A stretch of DNA of 32,000 nucleotides, from contig NZ_FUWK01000027.1 in assembly GCF_900167395.1 (NCBI RefSeq), positions 8,492 through 40,491 of the forward strand. The letters run 5' to 3'. Under the pieces are notes generated by a model, which was given only the letters and a program-made list of their open reading frames with translations, did not search any database and had not been told where the DNA came from. The stretch's first letter is position 1, and every line of letters starts with the position of its first letter. Made by a program: the position numbers and the translations under genes. The DNA comes from Nitrosomonas europaea. Its GTDB lineage: Bacteria; Pseudomonadota; Gammaproteobacteria; Burkholderiales; Nitrosomonadaceae. Below are positions 21,776-31,298 of this stretch, one piece after another.

Positions 21776-24532
21776 ATGGAACTTGCAAAAAGCTTTGATC
21801 CAAAAGAGATAGAAACCCGCTGGTATTCGACTTGGGAGACGGCCGGCTATTTCAGCCCAACCGACCATAAGGGAGCAGATCCCTACTGCATCATGCTGCC
21901 GCCGCCCAATGTTACCGGTACGCTGCATATGGGACATGCCTTCCAGCATACCCTGATGGATGCACTCATTCGTTATCACCGCATGCTGGGTGACAACACA
22001 TTATGGCAACCGGGTACCGATCATGCTGGAATTGCCACACAAATCGTGGTTGAACGGCAATTGGATCAGGAAGGCAAGGATCGCCGTCAGATGGGGCGTG
22101 AAGCTTTCCTTGAGCGAGTCTGGCAATGGAAGGAGGAATCAGGTTCCACGATCACCCGTCAGATGCGCCGTATGGGGGCTTCCTGTGACTGGTCGCGCGA
22201 ACGTTTCACCATGGATGAAACACTCTCCCGCGCGGTGACCGAGGTATTCGTGCGCCTTTACCGGGAAGGGCTGATCTATCGCGGCAAGCGGCTGGTCAAC
22301 TGGGATCCGGTACTGCAGACAGCAGTCTCGGATCTGGAAGTGGTTTCGGTTGAAGAACAGGGTTCACTCTGGCATATCCTTTATCCTTTCGAACAACTGG
22401 AAGGAGGCAGTGAGCATCAGGGGCTAGTCGTTGCCACTACACGCCCGGAAACCATGCTGGGGGATATGGCGGTTGCAGTTCATCCGGAAGATGAACGTTA
22501 TCGTCACCTGATCGGACGTCATTTGCGTTTGCCACTGTCCGAACGCACGATCCCGATCATTGCAGACAGTTATGTTGATCCTGCTTTTGGTACCGGTTGC
22601 GTCAAAATTACCCCGGCACATGATTTCAACGACTATCAGGTCGGATTGCGGCACAAATTGATCCCGCTCAATGTTTTTACACTGGATGGCAAGATCAATG
22701 ACAATGCTCCAGCAGAGTTTCAGGGGTTGGATCGTTTCGATGCCAGAAAGAAAGTGATTGCCGATCTTCAGGCACAGGGACTGCTGGTTGAAACCCGTCC
22801 GCATAAACTGATGGTTCCGCGTGGAGATCGCACCAATACCGTCATTGAACCGATGTTGACCGACCAGTGGTATCTGGCGATGGAAGGTCTGGCCAAGCAG
22901 GGTCTGGCGGTAGTTGCAAGCGGCAAGGTCAGGTTCGTGCCGGAGAACTGGACACATGTCTACAATCAGTGGCTGGAAAACATCCAGGACTGGTGTATTT
23001 CGCGCCAGCTGTGGTGGGGGCACAGGATACCGGCCTGGTACGATGAAGATGGCAACGTAACCGTTGCGCATGATCTGGAAGAAGCCAGAAAACTGTCCGG
23101 TAAAGAAATCCTCCGACAGGATGACGATGTGCTCGATACCTGGTTTTCTTCAGCGTTATGGCCTTTTTCGACATTGGGCTGGCCGGAGCAGACACCCGAG
23201 CTCAAGACTTTTCTGCCCGGATCAGTGCTGGTGACAGGATTCGACATCATCTTCTTCTGGGTGGCGCGTATGGTGATGATGTCCCTGCATTTCACCGGTG
23301 AGGTACCTTTCCGAGAGGTATACATTACCGGCCTGATCCGTGATGCGGAAGGCCAGAAAATGAGCAAATCCAAGGGTAATGTGCTCGATCCGCTCGATCT
23401 GATCGATGGTGTTTCGCTGACAGAGCTGATCAGAAAACGTACCACCGGCCTGATGAATCCCAAACAGGCAGAATCCATCGAAAAAACTACCCGCAAGCAG
23501 TTTCCGCAAGGGATTCCCGCATTCGGGACCGATGCGCTGCGCTTTACATTTGCCAGCTTGGCTTCACATGGGCGTGACATCAAGTTTGATCTGCAGCGTT
23601 GTGAAGGATATCGTAATTTCTGCAACAAACTGTGGAACGCTACCCGCTTCGTGCTGATGAACTGTGAGGGCAAAGACACCGGTCTGGATGAAACCTTGCC
23701 GCTGAATTTCTCACAAGCGGATAAATGGATCGTTGGCCGTTTGCAGCAGGCTGAGCAGGGTGTGGTGCAGGCTTTTGATGAATACCGTTTTGACCTTGCC
23801 GCGCGCGAGATGTACGAATTCGTCTGGGATGAATACTGCGACTGGTATGTAGAACTGGCGAAAGTGCAGTTGAGCAGCGCGGATGAAGCGCATCAGCGTG
23901 CCACCCGTCGTACACTGGTGCGTGTACTGGAAGCAGCACTGCGGCTGGCACATCCGATCATTCCATTCATTACCGAGGAACTCTGGCAGGCGGTTGCACC
24001 CCTTGCAGGTAAAACCGGTACCAGCATCATGCACCAACCTTATCCGCAAGCGGATCCGGCACGTATGGATGAGCATGCTGCAGCCAATGTTCAACTGCTC
24101 AAGGAAATCGTCAACGCCTGCCGTACGCTGCGCGGGGAAATGAAACTATCACCAGCAGAGCGAGTGCCACTGCTGATAGAAGGTGATCCTTCCCGGCTGG
24201 CAGATTTTTCACCTTATCTGCTGGCACTGGCCAAATTGTCTGAAGTAACTATCCTGCCGGACAGATTGCCGGATACCGATGCACCGGTTGCCATTACAGG
24301 TGAATTCAGGCTGATGTTGAAAATCGAGGTGGATGTCGCTGCCGAGCGTGAACGTCTCAATAAGGAAATGCAACGACTGACGCTTGAAATTGGCAAAGCC
24401 AGAACGAAACTGGATAATCCCGATTTTCTTCAGCGTGCGCCAGAAAAGGTAGTGCTGCAGGAAAAAGAACGGCTGGCCACGTTCAGTGCCACTCTGGAGA
24501 AACTCGATCAGCAACTGCATAAACTGGGTTGA
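21776..24532 (+). CDS. valS: Valine--tRNA ligase
   Basis: ATG 21776 gives [17 protein letters not shown]. It has [13 protein letters not shown] (the HIGH motif), KMSKS, and a C-terminal coiled coil. The track start at 21731 adds 15 unlikely residues. Confidence 0.97.
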   Translation: MELAKSFDPKEIETRWYSTWETAGYFSPTDHKGADPYCIMLPPPNVTGTLHMGHAFQHTLMDALIRYHRMLGDNTLWQPGTDHAGIATQIVVERQLDQEGKDRRQMGREAFLERVWQWKEESGSTITRQMRRMGASCDWSRERFTMDETLSRAVTEVFVRLYREGLIYRGKRLVNWDPVLQTAVSDLEVVSVEEQGSLWHILYPFEQLEGGSEHQGLVVATTRPETMLGDMAVAVHPEDERYRHLIGRHLRLPLSERTIPIIADSYVDPAFGTGCVKITPAHDFNDYQVGLRHKLIPLNVFTLDGKINDNAPAEFQGLDRFDARKKVIADLQAQGLLVETRPHKLMVPRGDRTNTVIEPMLTDQWYLAMEGLAKQGLAVVASGKVRFVPENWTHVYNQWLENIQDWCISRQLWWGHRIPAWYDEDGNVTVAHDLEEARKLSGKEILRQDDDVLDTWFSSALWPFSTLGWPEQTPELKTFLPGSVLVTGFDIIFFWVARMVMMSLHFTGEVPFREVYITGLIRDAEGQKMSKSKGNVLDPLDLIDGVSLTELIRKRTTGLMNPKQAESIEKTTRKQFPQGIPAFGTDALRFTFASLASHGRDIKFDLQRCEGYRNFCNKLWNATRFVLMNCEGKDTGLDETLPLNFSQADKWIVGRLQQAEQGVVQAFDEYRFDLAAREMYEFVWDEYCDWYVELAKVQLSSADEAHQRATRRTLVRVLEAALRLAHPIIPFITEELWQAVAPLAGKTGTSIMHQPYPQADPARMDEHAAANVQLLKEIVNACRTLRGEMKLSPAERVPLLIEGDPSRLADFSPYLLALAKLSEVTILPDRLPDTDAPVAITGEFRLMLKIEVDVAAERERLNKEMQRLTLEIGKARTKLDNPDFLQRAPEKVVLQEKERLATFSATLEKLDQQLHKLG

Positions 24533-24605
24533 GGCTACCCATGTAGCGAGATCGCTATGACTTCTGTTCCACTGCTTAATCATTTCCGGGAATTTAAATA
24601 GCACT

Positions 24606-25673
24606 ATGACCAAATTAGAAAACGATACCTTCATCCGTGCCCTGCTGCGACAGCCTGTGGACTATACCCCTGTCTGGATGATGCGCCAGGCTGGCCGTTA
24701 TCTGCCGGAATACAACCAGACCCGTGCGCGGGCAGGCAGTTTTCTGTCACTTTGCAAGAATCCTGACTTTGCCACGGAAGTAACATTACAACCCCTGGCC
24801 AGATTTTCACTCGATGCTGCGATTCTGTTCTCCGATATTCTGACGATCCCGGATGCAATGGGATTGGGATTATATTTTGCAGATGGGGAAGGGCCGCGTT
24901 TCGAGCGCCCGTTACGCGAAGAACGGGAAATCCGTTCGTTGATCGTACCTGATCCCGATACTCATTTGCGCTATGTGACGGATGCTGTCAGGCAGATCCG
25001 CACAGCGCTGAATAATCGGGTTCCACTGATCGGATTCTCAGGCAGTCCATTCACATTGGCATGCTATATGGTGGAAGGAGCGGGCAGTAGTGAGTTCAGG
25101 CAAATCAAGACCATGTTGTATGCGCGCCCCGATCTGCTGCACCATATTCTGGGTGTGACGGCACAAGCAGTCACTGCCTATCTGAATGCCCAGATCGAAG
25201 CGGGTGCACAGGCTGTGATGATTTTCGACAGTTGGGGCGGAGCGTTGTCTCACGCTGCTTATCAGGAGTTTTCCTTACGCTACATGAACCAGATTCTGGA
25301 TGGCTTGAAGCGCGAACATAATGGTGATCGTATTCCGAATATTCTGTTTACCAAGGGTGGCGGATTATGGTTGGAATCCATCATGGCCAGCGGTTGTGAT
25401 GCAATCGGGCTGGATTGGACGATCGATATTGGCGAAGCCCGCCGTCGTACCCAGGATAAAGTCGCTTTGCAGGGGAATCTGGATCCGGCCGTACTGTTTT
25501 CCTCACCGGAAGTGATTGCTGCTGAAGCCGGGAAGATACTGGCAAGTTACGGTCACGGCCATGGCCACGTATTTAACCTCGGGCATGGCATTTCACAGTT
25601 CACCCCGCCTGAGAATGCGCTGGCATTGATTGAAGCAGTCCATGCGCAAAGTGTGCGTTATCACACTGATTGA
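24606..25673 (+). CDS. hemE: Uroporphyrinogen decarboxylase
   Basis: 355 aa with the N-terminal [15 protein letters not shown] motif and the FDSWGG motif. Confidence 0.96.
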   Translation: MTKLENDTFIRALLRQPVDYTPVWMMRQAGRYLPEYNQTRARAGSFLSLCKNPDFATEVTLQPLARFSLDAAILFSDILTIPDAMGLGLYFADGEGPRFERPLREEREIRSLIVPDPDTHLRYVTDAVRQIRTALNNRVPLIGFSGSPFTLACYMVEGAGSSEFRQIKTMLYARPDLLHHILGVTAQAVTAYLNAQIEAGAQAVMIFDSWGGALSHAAYQEFSLRYMNQILDGLKREHNGDRIPNILFTKGGGLWLESIMASGCDAIGLDWTIDIGEARRRTQDKVALQGNLDPAVLFSSPEVIAAEAGKILASYGHGHGHVFNLGHGISQFTPPENALALIEAVHAQSVRYHTD

Positions 25674-25825
25674 TAAAAATTATCAGATTGGCTGATGATA
25701 TGTCTGTATCAAACGGGTTGTCAGAAGCTGATGGCCCGTTAACTGCCGAAGCGCTCTTCCGGAGAAGCAGCCCGGAACGTTAAGCTGTTTGTCGGATGTG
25801 CACGTCTGAGCAGACTGTCCGTATT

Positions 25826-26311
25826 TCAACCGCGAAGTGCTGCTTCGATTGTGGCGATATCGATTTTTCTCATCTGCATCATTGCATCGAACGCACGTTT
25901 GGCAGCAGCGGGATCGGGATGGGTGATTGCATTTATCAGGACGATTGGCGTTATCTGCCAGCTTAGCCCCCACTTGTCCTTACACCAGCCACATTCACTT
26001 TCCTGACCGCCATTGCCGATGATCGCATTCCAATAGCGATCTGTTTCGGCTTGGTCAGTGGTTGCGACCTGAAACGAAAATGCCTCGTTGTGCGTGAAAA
26101 CTGGTCCGCCATTGAGCCCGATGCATGGGATGCCCATCACAGTAAATTCGACGGTCAGCACATTCCCCTGCTTCCCTGATGGGAAATCTCCCGGTGCGCG
26201 ATGTACTGCACCGACGAATGAATCGGGAAAGGTATCGGCGTAAAACCGTGCTGCATCTTCGGCGCAGTCGTCGTACCAAAGGCAAACCGTATTTTTTGCT
26301 GGTATTGTCAT
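25826..26311 (-). CDS. VOC/glyoxalase-fold protein (3-demethylubiquinone-9 methyltransferase-like, PhnB-type domain)
   Basis: 161 aa. CLWYDDCAEDAARFYADTFPDS...VEFTVMG...GLNGGP.F.HNEAFSFQV...QAETDRYWNAI...CGWCKDKWGLSWQI matches this family as I remember it. Confidence 0.7.
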   Translation of the reverse strand: MTIPAKNTVCLWYDDCAEDAARFYADTFPDSFVGAVHRAPGDFPSGKQGNVLTVEFTVMGIPCIGLNGGPVFTHNEAFSFQVATTDQAETDRYWNAIIGNGGQESECGWCKDKWGLSWQITPIVLINAITHPDPAAAKRAFDAMMQMRKIDIATIEAALRG

Positions 26312-26385
26312 GTTATTCCTCCATTGAGATCAAGAATTGTGTCATTCCGGCTGGGATTCACTGTATCCCGTATTGACGCTTTAAT

Positions 26386-26442
26386 GCCTGAATCAAGCTA
26401 TGTCACGAAGCGGCATCAGCTTGAATGAAGCTGGCTGTCAGG
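26386..26442. repeat. Hairpin repeat copy B (partner at 30132-30184)
   Basis: GCCTGAATCAAGCT-ATGTCACGAAGCGG-CATCAGCTTGAATGAAGCTGGCTGTCAGG. It shares its flanks with copy A, with outer arms CCTGA/TCAGG and inner arms AAGCT/AGCTT. It lies 15 nt past the stop of the Tag-like gene. Confidence 0.7.
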
Positions 26443-26456
26443 CCTTGAATTTCTCA

Positions 26457-27173
26457 CTAAAACCGCGGATTAATACTCAACGACAGCATGGCCGATAGCT
26501 GACACAACGGTCTTCCTGAATCTTGCTGCAATTCATTGAAAGCATCCTGGATGATTTGCCTATCGCGCTGACCGGTGGGTTCATGGTCAATAATGCCTGC
26601 AGCGATCAGGCGTGCAGTCACGTCGCTGGTCAATAAAAAAGTATCCTTTCCGGCCAAACGTAAAAATCCGGCAGACGAGCGCCCGCCCAGACGAGCACCA
26701 CGTTTGGCCAGTAAACGCCATAAGCCGATAATGTCAGCACTCGGCCAGTCAGCAATAAACTCGCCAAAACTGCAACCCTGTTCCTGGCGAATATCCAGAA
26801 TAAACTGGGCATTTCTGGGGATGGTTTGCAGTTTGGTGTAATGACGGATGATGCTGCTGTTTTTCATATAGCCTTCGATCTGTTCCGGGCTGAGCATTAC
26901 CATTGTTTCAGGTACAAAGCCCCAGAAGGCTTCTTCAAAAGCAGGCCACTTGGCATTGACTACCGAGTGTTGCATGCCGGCCTGAAATACCCGCTGGCTC
27001 ATGGCAGAAAGATAACGGTCATCACCTTTCTGTTTTAACGTTGCAGGGGTGAGCGCTTTGGGCAGGAAAGCTTCCATCGCTTCATCCGATTCAAAACGCT
27101 TGCGTACTGTATCGTAAAGCCAGCGGTAGTTAAGGATCATGCTTGTCTTTGTCTCATTTTGTTTCAGCATCAA
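26457..27173 (-). CDS. Tag-like (DNA-3-methyladenine glycosylase I superfamily) protein, divergent
   Basis: 238 aa. The central part aligns by eye with E. coli Tag (QAG..., F..F.P, IIRH..K.Q.I..NA, L.KRG...G). The N-terminal CGW/YHDxEWG region and the C-terminal Cys cluster are absent. Confidence 0.6.
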   Translation of the reverse strand: MMLKQNETKTSMILNYRWLYDTVRKRFESDEAMEAFLPKALTPATLKQKGDDRYLSAMSQRVFQAGMQHSVVNAKWPAFEEAFWGFVPETMVMLSPEQIEGYMKNSSIIRHYTKLQTIPRNAQFILDIRQEQGCSFGEFIADWPSADIIGLWRLLAKRGARLGGRSSAGFLRLAGKDTFLLTSDVTARLIAAGIIDHEPTGQRDRQIIQDAFNELQQDSGRPLCQLSAMLSLSINPRF

Positions 27174-27243
27174 ATATCTTGTGGAATAAGCCCAACTGCA
27201 GCGGTTTCCACGTGATGTCAGGTGATAAAGCGTATTTGGAAAT

Positions 27244-27301
27244 TCTAAAAGAAGGGGGGCCGGACATGAACATTAATCTTTTTGATTCGTGGCCCGCCCC
27301 C
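27244..27301 (-). terminator. Candidate terminator downstream of the Rh50 gene
   Basis: On the minus strand GGGGGCGGGCC pairs with GGCCCCCC across a roughly 30-nt loop and is followed by TTCTTTT. It starts about 30 nt after the Rh50 stop codon. Confidence 0.4.
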
Positions 27302-27330
27302 GACTGCCAAAAACTCATGGACAACAAGCT

Positions 27331-28608
27331 CTATCCTTCTGACTTGGCACTCAATACAGCAGCATCAATACGATTTTTCAGTCCCTGTATTTCAGTTTTT
27401 GCCTCTAATACCAGCCTTTCAGCTTTATGCTCATCTTCAGGTCCTGCAAGATGGATAAACTCGTGACTGTCCTCATAAGCTTGTTTCGTTGTACCGGTTA
27501 GTTTGATCAGTGCTCCAGCAATCACACCGCCAATCAAAGCCAGCGCAAGTGTGATACCGATACCCGTCAATTGAGCCACGGCAATACCTGGCACTATCAG
27601 GATCGCACTAAATCCGCCCAATAATCCTGGTAATCCATGCAGATTGTGTACCCCGCAGGTATCTATCGTCTTGGCTTTGGATTCCAGCATGGGCTGAATA
27701 AATACGAAACCCACGACAGAAATAGCACCACCCAGCAAACCAATCACAAAAGCACCTACTGGTCCGACGATGTTACAGACTGACCCGATCGCTACCCCCC
27801 CAGCAAGTGCTGCATTGGCCATGTCTACTATGGATGCTTTTCCTTTGTGAAACAATGCGCTCAGGAAATAGGTGGCGAGTGTGGCGCCGCATAAAGCAAG
27901 CAGTGTGTTGACTATGGTTTGGGGCATCTGTTCGAATGGTACGATTGCAGTCGCAAAGCTCGGCCAGAAAAGCCACAGTACCATTGATCCCAGCATTGAA
28001 AAGCGATCCGAAGTCGCATCCGATTCGATCGGCTGAGCCCGCTGCGCCGCAGTAGTCAGAGCGATGGAGACTCCCAAACCAAAATATGCACCAAAAGCAT
28101 GGATAGCGATCGATCCGGCAGAATCCTGGAATCCTTCAGTCAACCCTGAAGCATTATCCAGCACCAGCCACTCATTCAGCAGATAAACCGGCACGATAAA
28201 CAATGCCAGTAACGCGTATTGAAAAACCCGTAAACGCCCGAGTACTGCTCCCATGGCAATCAGCCCCGTAGCCACGGCAAATTCCGCATAGATTACTGCA
28301 TCAACGGAGTGGGGCGTCAATGCGTGCCCGAAAATCCCGTTTGCGCGTAAAAGAATATAGAGTGGAAGTCCGGTGGCTACGACCAGATAGGTACCGGTAG
28401 TTGCGCTAAACCCGTACCTTCGTACGAAAACCATTAAAAAACCGAAACCGACCAGCAGCATGGCCAGAATGTTTATGGAGTAATTATATTGCGCTACCAG
28501 ACGCGCTTCGTTGATCTCTGCAGGAGCAACTGCGCTCGCCCAACTGCTGAAACACAACAGAAACAGAGCGATTGAACTGAACGCAGTGAAACATAGGTGT
28601 TTACTCAT
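27331..28608 (-). CDS. rh50: Rh-family (Rh50) ammonium/gas channel
   Basis: 425 aa with a signal-like N-terminus, about 11-12 TM segments, twin-His/Phe-gate context (SAGSIAIHAFGAYFGL; CGVHNLHGLPGLLGG) and an SDRF motif. It matches my memory of the Nitrosomonas europaea Rh50 protein. Confidence 0.92.
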   Translation of the reverse strand: MSKHLCFTAFSSIALFLLCFSSWASAVAPAEINEARLVAQYNYSINILAMLLVGFGFLMVFVRRYGFSATTGTYLVVATGLPLYILLRANGIFGHALTPHSVDAVIYAEFAVATGLIAMGAVLGRLRVFQYALLALFIVPVYLLNEWLVLDNASGLTEGFQDSAGSIAIHAFGAYFGLGVSIALTTAAQRAQPIESDATSDRFSMLGSMVLWLFWPSFATAIVPFEQMPQTIVNTLLALCGATLATYFLSALFHKGKASIVDMANAALAGGVAIGSVCNIVGPVGAFVIGLLGGAISVVGFVFIQPMLESKAKTIDTCGVHNLHGLPGLLGGFSAILIVPGIAVAQLTGIGITLALALIGGVIAGALIKLTGTTKQAYEDSHEFIHLAGPEDEHKAERLVLEAKTEIQGLKNRIDAAVLSAKSEG

Positions 28609-29062
28609 TTGTTGACTCCCTATATCTTAAATTGAAGTTATCCGGGTTACCCCGCGTATGTGCCTGCCGGATTCTGGTTGATACAGCTATGGTGCTAAGA
28701 TCAACCTCATTTGATCAGTTCATTAAACAGGAATATTTTCCGCATAAATAAGCGAAAACCTGATTCTGATTTCTATTGTTATTTACCAGGTCCGACGAAG
28801 CTTGGGCGCTCATAAATAAATGATTGTCTGGCTGTTCTGTCAGAGGCTGCCTAATTCCATATCTATTTCACTGCGGTCAGGAATTAACATTTCACCTTCC
28901 ATTTACAACTCTTATACGATATTTATTCAGTCGCTCCGGCAGTGTGAACCTTAATAGCCATGAATTCAATATGGTTAATAAAGAATATTGAGAATTAATC
29001 CATCCGGAACGGTTTGTTTCCCCTATCAAGAAGTGATGGGGAGTGGGATTTTGTGACGTACT

Positions 29063-29236
29063 GGGGTTTTGGCTGGTCAGGTGGGTGATCTGCTCAATGA
29101 CTTGAGCCAGTGTGTGGCCATCGTAAAGGTTATCGGACAGGCTGCGCATGCCAACCACCACCTTCCTTGTGAGTGGTGAATGGTGGCTATTCGTGACTTT
29201 GACACTGATGCGACGGCTGGCGGGTTTTTCTCTGCC
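29063..29236 (-). pseudogene. IS5-family transposase remnant
   Basis: Minus-strand frame reads GREKPASRRISVKVTNSHHSPLTRKVVVGMRSLSDNLYDGHTLAQVIEQITHLT. It resembles the ...YEFG.KVSV....VVGA.AL.GNPYDGHTL...LEQ... block of IS5-family transposases. Only about 60 of about 450 aa remain and no IS ends are visible. Confidence 0.5.
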
Positions 29237-29279
29237 AGTTGGCAATAAACTTGCCAAAGCTACTATTGTTAGGACCGGG

Positions 29280-30095
29280 TCAGGCGATACTTGCAAGGCC
29301 CAGACCATTAGCCGCCAACACCTCGATACGGCGTCCGAGTAATTTGGACATGATGTCACCGACAGCAGACGGTGAGGCGGCTGTAGTATAGAACGCTTCG
29401 GCAGCTTGGGCTTGGTTCACCGAAATCATCTTGCTGGACGAGAGGCGGTGCGCGAGTTGTCGGGCCACGGCTTCCGAAGGTTCAATGATGGTAACTTGCG
29501 GACCTGCCAGATTTTGAATCTGATCCGCCAGGAAGGTGAAGTGGGTGCAGCCCAGCACAACAACATCATTGGCCAGTGAGACCGCTGGAGCGAGATACTG
29601 CCTGAGCATTTCCTTTACTTCTTCCCCATCGATATTTCCTGCTTCGACCTGATCTGCGAGTCCGGGACATGGCTGAAGCATGATTTGAACATGGGTCCCA
29701 TAGCGAACGCAAAGTTGTGCAACAGCTTCGCTTTCCGCGGTTCTTCGCGTTGTGAGGACAACGATCCGGCCATTTCGACTGATTGCTGCGGCAGGTTTGA
29801 TAGCGGGCTCGATACCGATGATAGGCAGGGAATACTTAGCTCTGAGTGCGGTTACGGTAGTCACCGTTGCGGTATTGCACGCGACTACGAGTGCTTTCGC
29901 TCCATTATTGACCAGAGCATCCGCAATTTCAGTGACGCGGCGGATGATGTAGGCAGATTCACGACTACCGTATGGCGCAAACCCAGAATCTGCAACATAG
30001 ACAAATGCCTGGTGCGGGAGCAGCTTACGAGCGGCACGGTAGACAGCCAGTCCACCAACTCCTGAATCGAAAATTCCTACAAAGCCTGACTGCAT
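29280..30095 (-). CDS. murI: Glutamate racemase
   Basis: 271 aa with IGIFDSGVGGL, the first catalytic Cys motif VVACNTAT, and the second, LGCTHF. Confidence 0.93.
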   Translation of the reverse strand: MQSGFVGIFDSGVGGLAVYRAARKLLPHQAFVYVADSGFAPYGSRESAYIIRRVTEIADALVNNGAKALVVACNTATVTTVTALRAKYSLPIIGIEPAIKPAAAISRNGRIVVLTTRRTAESEAVAQLCVRYGTHVQIMLQPCPGLADQVEAGNIDGEEVKEMLRQYLAPAVSLANDVVVLGCTHFTFLADQIQNLAGPQVTIIEPSEAVARQLAHRLSSSKMISVNQAQAAEAFYTTAASPSAVGDIMSKLLGRRIEVLAANGLGLASIA

Positions 30096-30131
30096 GATGA
30101 AGATGTAATAAATTAATCTGATCAGGTCTTA

Positions 30132-30184
30132 GCCTGAATCAAGCTGTGCCCGCTTGCGGGCATCAGCTGGATGAATCGTCAGGT
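30132..30184. repeat. Hairpin repeat copy A (partner at 26386-26442)
   Basis: GCCTGAATCAAGCTG-T-GCCCGC-TT-GCGGGC-AT-CAGCTGGATGAATCGTCAGG forms nested arms CCTGA/TCAGG, CAGCTG/CAGCTG and GCCCGC/GCGGGC. It lies 30 nt past the intI stop. Confidence 0.7.
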
Positions 30185-30213
30185 GATATGTGGTCTAGCT
30201 GGCAGTACTGATT

Positions 30214-31188
30214 TTACATATCCAGTGGGCTTCTGACACCCCGCCCGCCTTTATTGAGAACATGGGTATAAATCATCGTTGTATGGACATCCTTATGACC
30301 GAGCAGCTCCTGGATAGTGCGGATATCGTAGCCTGAATCGAGTAAATGGGTCGCAAACGAATGGCGTAAGGTATGCGGAGTGGCCAACTTGGTGATGCCA
30401 CTGGCCTGCACTGCTTTTTTCATCGCCCGCTGCAATAGTTTCTCGTCGATATGATGCCGCCGCTCGGTACCGCTGCGCGGATCGATCGAAAAACTTCCAG
30501 AAGAGAAAATATATTGCCACACCCAGTCTGTTGCCGCATTGGGATATTTTCGTTCCAACGCATCCGGCAAATACACCGATGCCTTACCTAATCGGCTATC
30601 ATCATCGAACAAAGTCCGGCGATGAAGCAAATGTGCTTGTAAAGGACCCGCCAACGACTCCGGCAGCATCGTGACGCGATCTTTTGATCCTTTACCATCG
30701 CGAATCAAAATCTCTCCACGTTCAAAATCCACATCCTTCACCCTGAGGCGCACACATTCCATCAAACGCATCCCCGTGCCGTATAGCAGATTCGCCATCA
30801 AACCATAGGTTCCACTCATCCTGACCAAGATAGCCTGTACTTCGGTACGTGTCAGAACAGTGGGCAACCGCTGAGGTTGCTTGGCGCGCACGATCTCATT
30901 CAGCCAAGGTAAATCAATTGACAGTATCTCCTTATACAAAAACAGTAAAGCCGACAATGCCTGATTTTGAGTTGAGGCCGATACCTTACCGGCTACTGCC
31001 AAATGCGTTAAAAACGCCTCTATTTCTGCTGAGCCCATTTCTTGCGGATGGCGTTTACCGTGGAACAGAATAAAACGCTTTATCCATTGCACATATTGTG
31101 TTTCGGTACGGAGGCTATAGTGCCTGGTACGAATACGGTCGCGGACTTGATCGAATTCGGGGAACGGTGCACAGCGCTGCCTATCCCT
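30214..31188 (-). CDS. intI: Integron integrase IntI; the reading frame is open to 31188 but lacks a canonical in-frame start upstream of GTG 31092
   Basis: Tyrosine recombinase with R..K..HxxR..H..Y boxes ([28 protein letters not shown]). It also has the IntI-specific insertion [37 protein letters not shown]. The in-frame upstream extension encodes [21 protein letters not shown], the conserved IntI N-terminus. Confidence 0.9.
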   Translation of the reverse strand, partial: RDRQRCAPFPEFDQVRDRIRTRHYSLRTETQYVQWIKRFILFHGKRHPQEMGSAEIEAFLTHLAVAGKVSASTQNQALSALLFLYKEILSIDLPWLNEIVRAKQPQRLPTVLTRTEVQAILVRMSGTYGLMANLLYGTGMRLMECVRLRVKDVDFERGEILIRDGKGSKDRVTMLPESLAGPLQAHLLHRRTLFDDDSRLGKASVYLPDALERKYPNAATDWVWQYIFSSGSFSIDPRSGTERRHHIDEKLLQRAMKKAVQASGITKLATPHTLRHSFATHLLDSGYDIRTIQELLGHKDVHTTMIYTHVLNKGGRGVRSPLDM

Positions 31189-31222
31189 TCATTCGACCGA
31201 ACATCGCTTTGCGGCTATGTCC

Positions 31223-31295
31223 ACTCAACAATCTTCGATACACTGCGTGTATCTCAATTATTTCGGGGTGTCGCACAATTCGCGACCCGTTAGAT
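31223..31295 (+). other. Candidate attI region with core site GTTAGAT
   Basis: GTTAGAT (31289-31295) fits the GTTRRRY consensus and lies 4 nt before the first ORF on the cassette side of a divergent intI. ACTCAAC (31223-31229) fits the inverse core RYYYAAC. This is inference from position and consensus only. Confidence 0.4.
31237..31253. promoter_or_regulatory. Perfect 7-bp inverted repeat GATACAC-TGC-GTGTATC between intI and the cassette ORF
   Basis: Seen directly in the sequence. It sits in the intI/attI control region, and the binding factor is unknown. Confidence 0.3.
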
Positions 31296-31298
31296 GAC

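Noticed and set aside
22424-23679. Long minus-strand ORFs (215 and 237 aa) inside valS, and similar ones inside dnaX (10715..11140), tadA (13737..14225), rpsK (3972..4382) and pepA (19352..19804)
   Set aside because: These are shadow ORFs antisense to strongly supported conserved genes. The translations are low-complexity or Arg/Ser/Cys-rich with no recognisable motifs.
26386-26442. Hairpin repeats A/B as integron attC sites
   Set aside because: They have no RYYYAAC/GTTRRRY cores at the ends. Copy A is on the 3' side of intI, which is the wrong side for cassettes. Copy B is 4 kb away among ordinary genes.
28891-28900. TTCACCTTCC (reverse complement GGAAGGTGAA) resembling the IS5 terminal repeat GGAAGGTG
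   Set aside because: The orientation places the element body to the left, away from the transposase remnant. The only other GGAAGGTG (29159-29166) is in direct orientation inside the coding remnant. A 10-nt match is not enough.
31223-31295. Interpreting ACTCAAC...GTTAGAT as a complete attC site
   Set aside because: The cores fit the consensus and are 73 nt apart, but the internal sequence does not form the required L''/L' imperfect palindrome. Only a short central GATACAC/GTGTATC repeat is present. I kept it as a candidate attI region only.
31098-31298. N-terminal 67 codons of the + strand ORF 31098..31520
   Set aside because: This stretch is antisense to the conserved IntI N-terminal coding region and crosses the candidate attI. 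The plausible start is ATG 31299, just after the GTTAGAT core.
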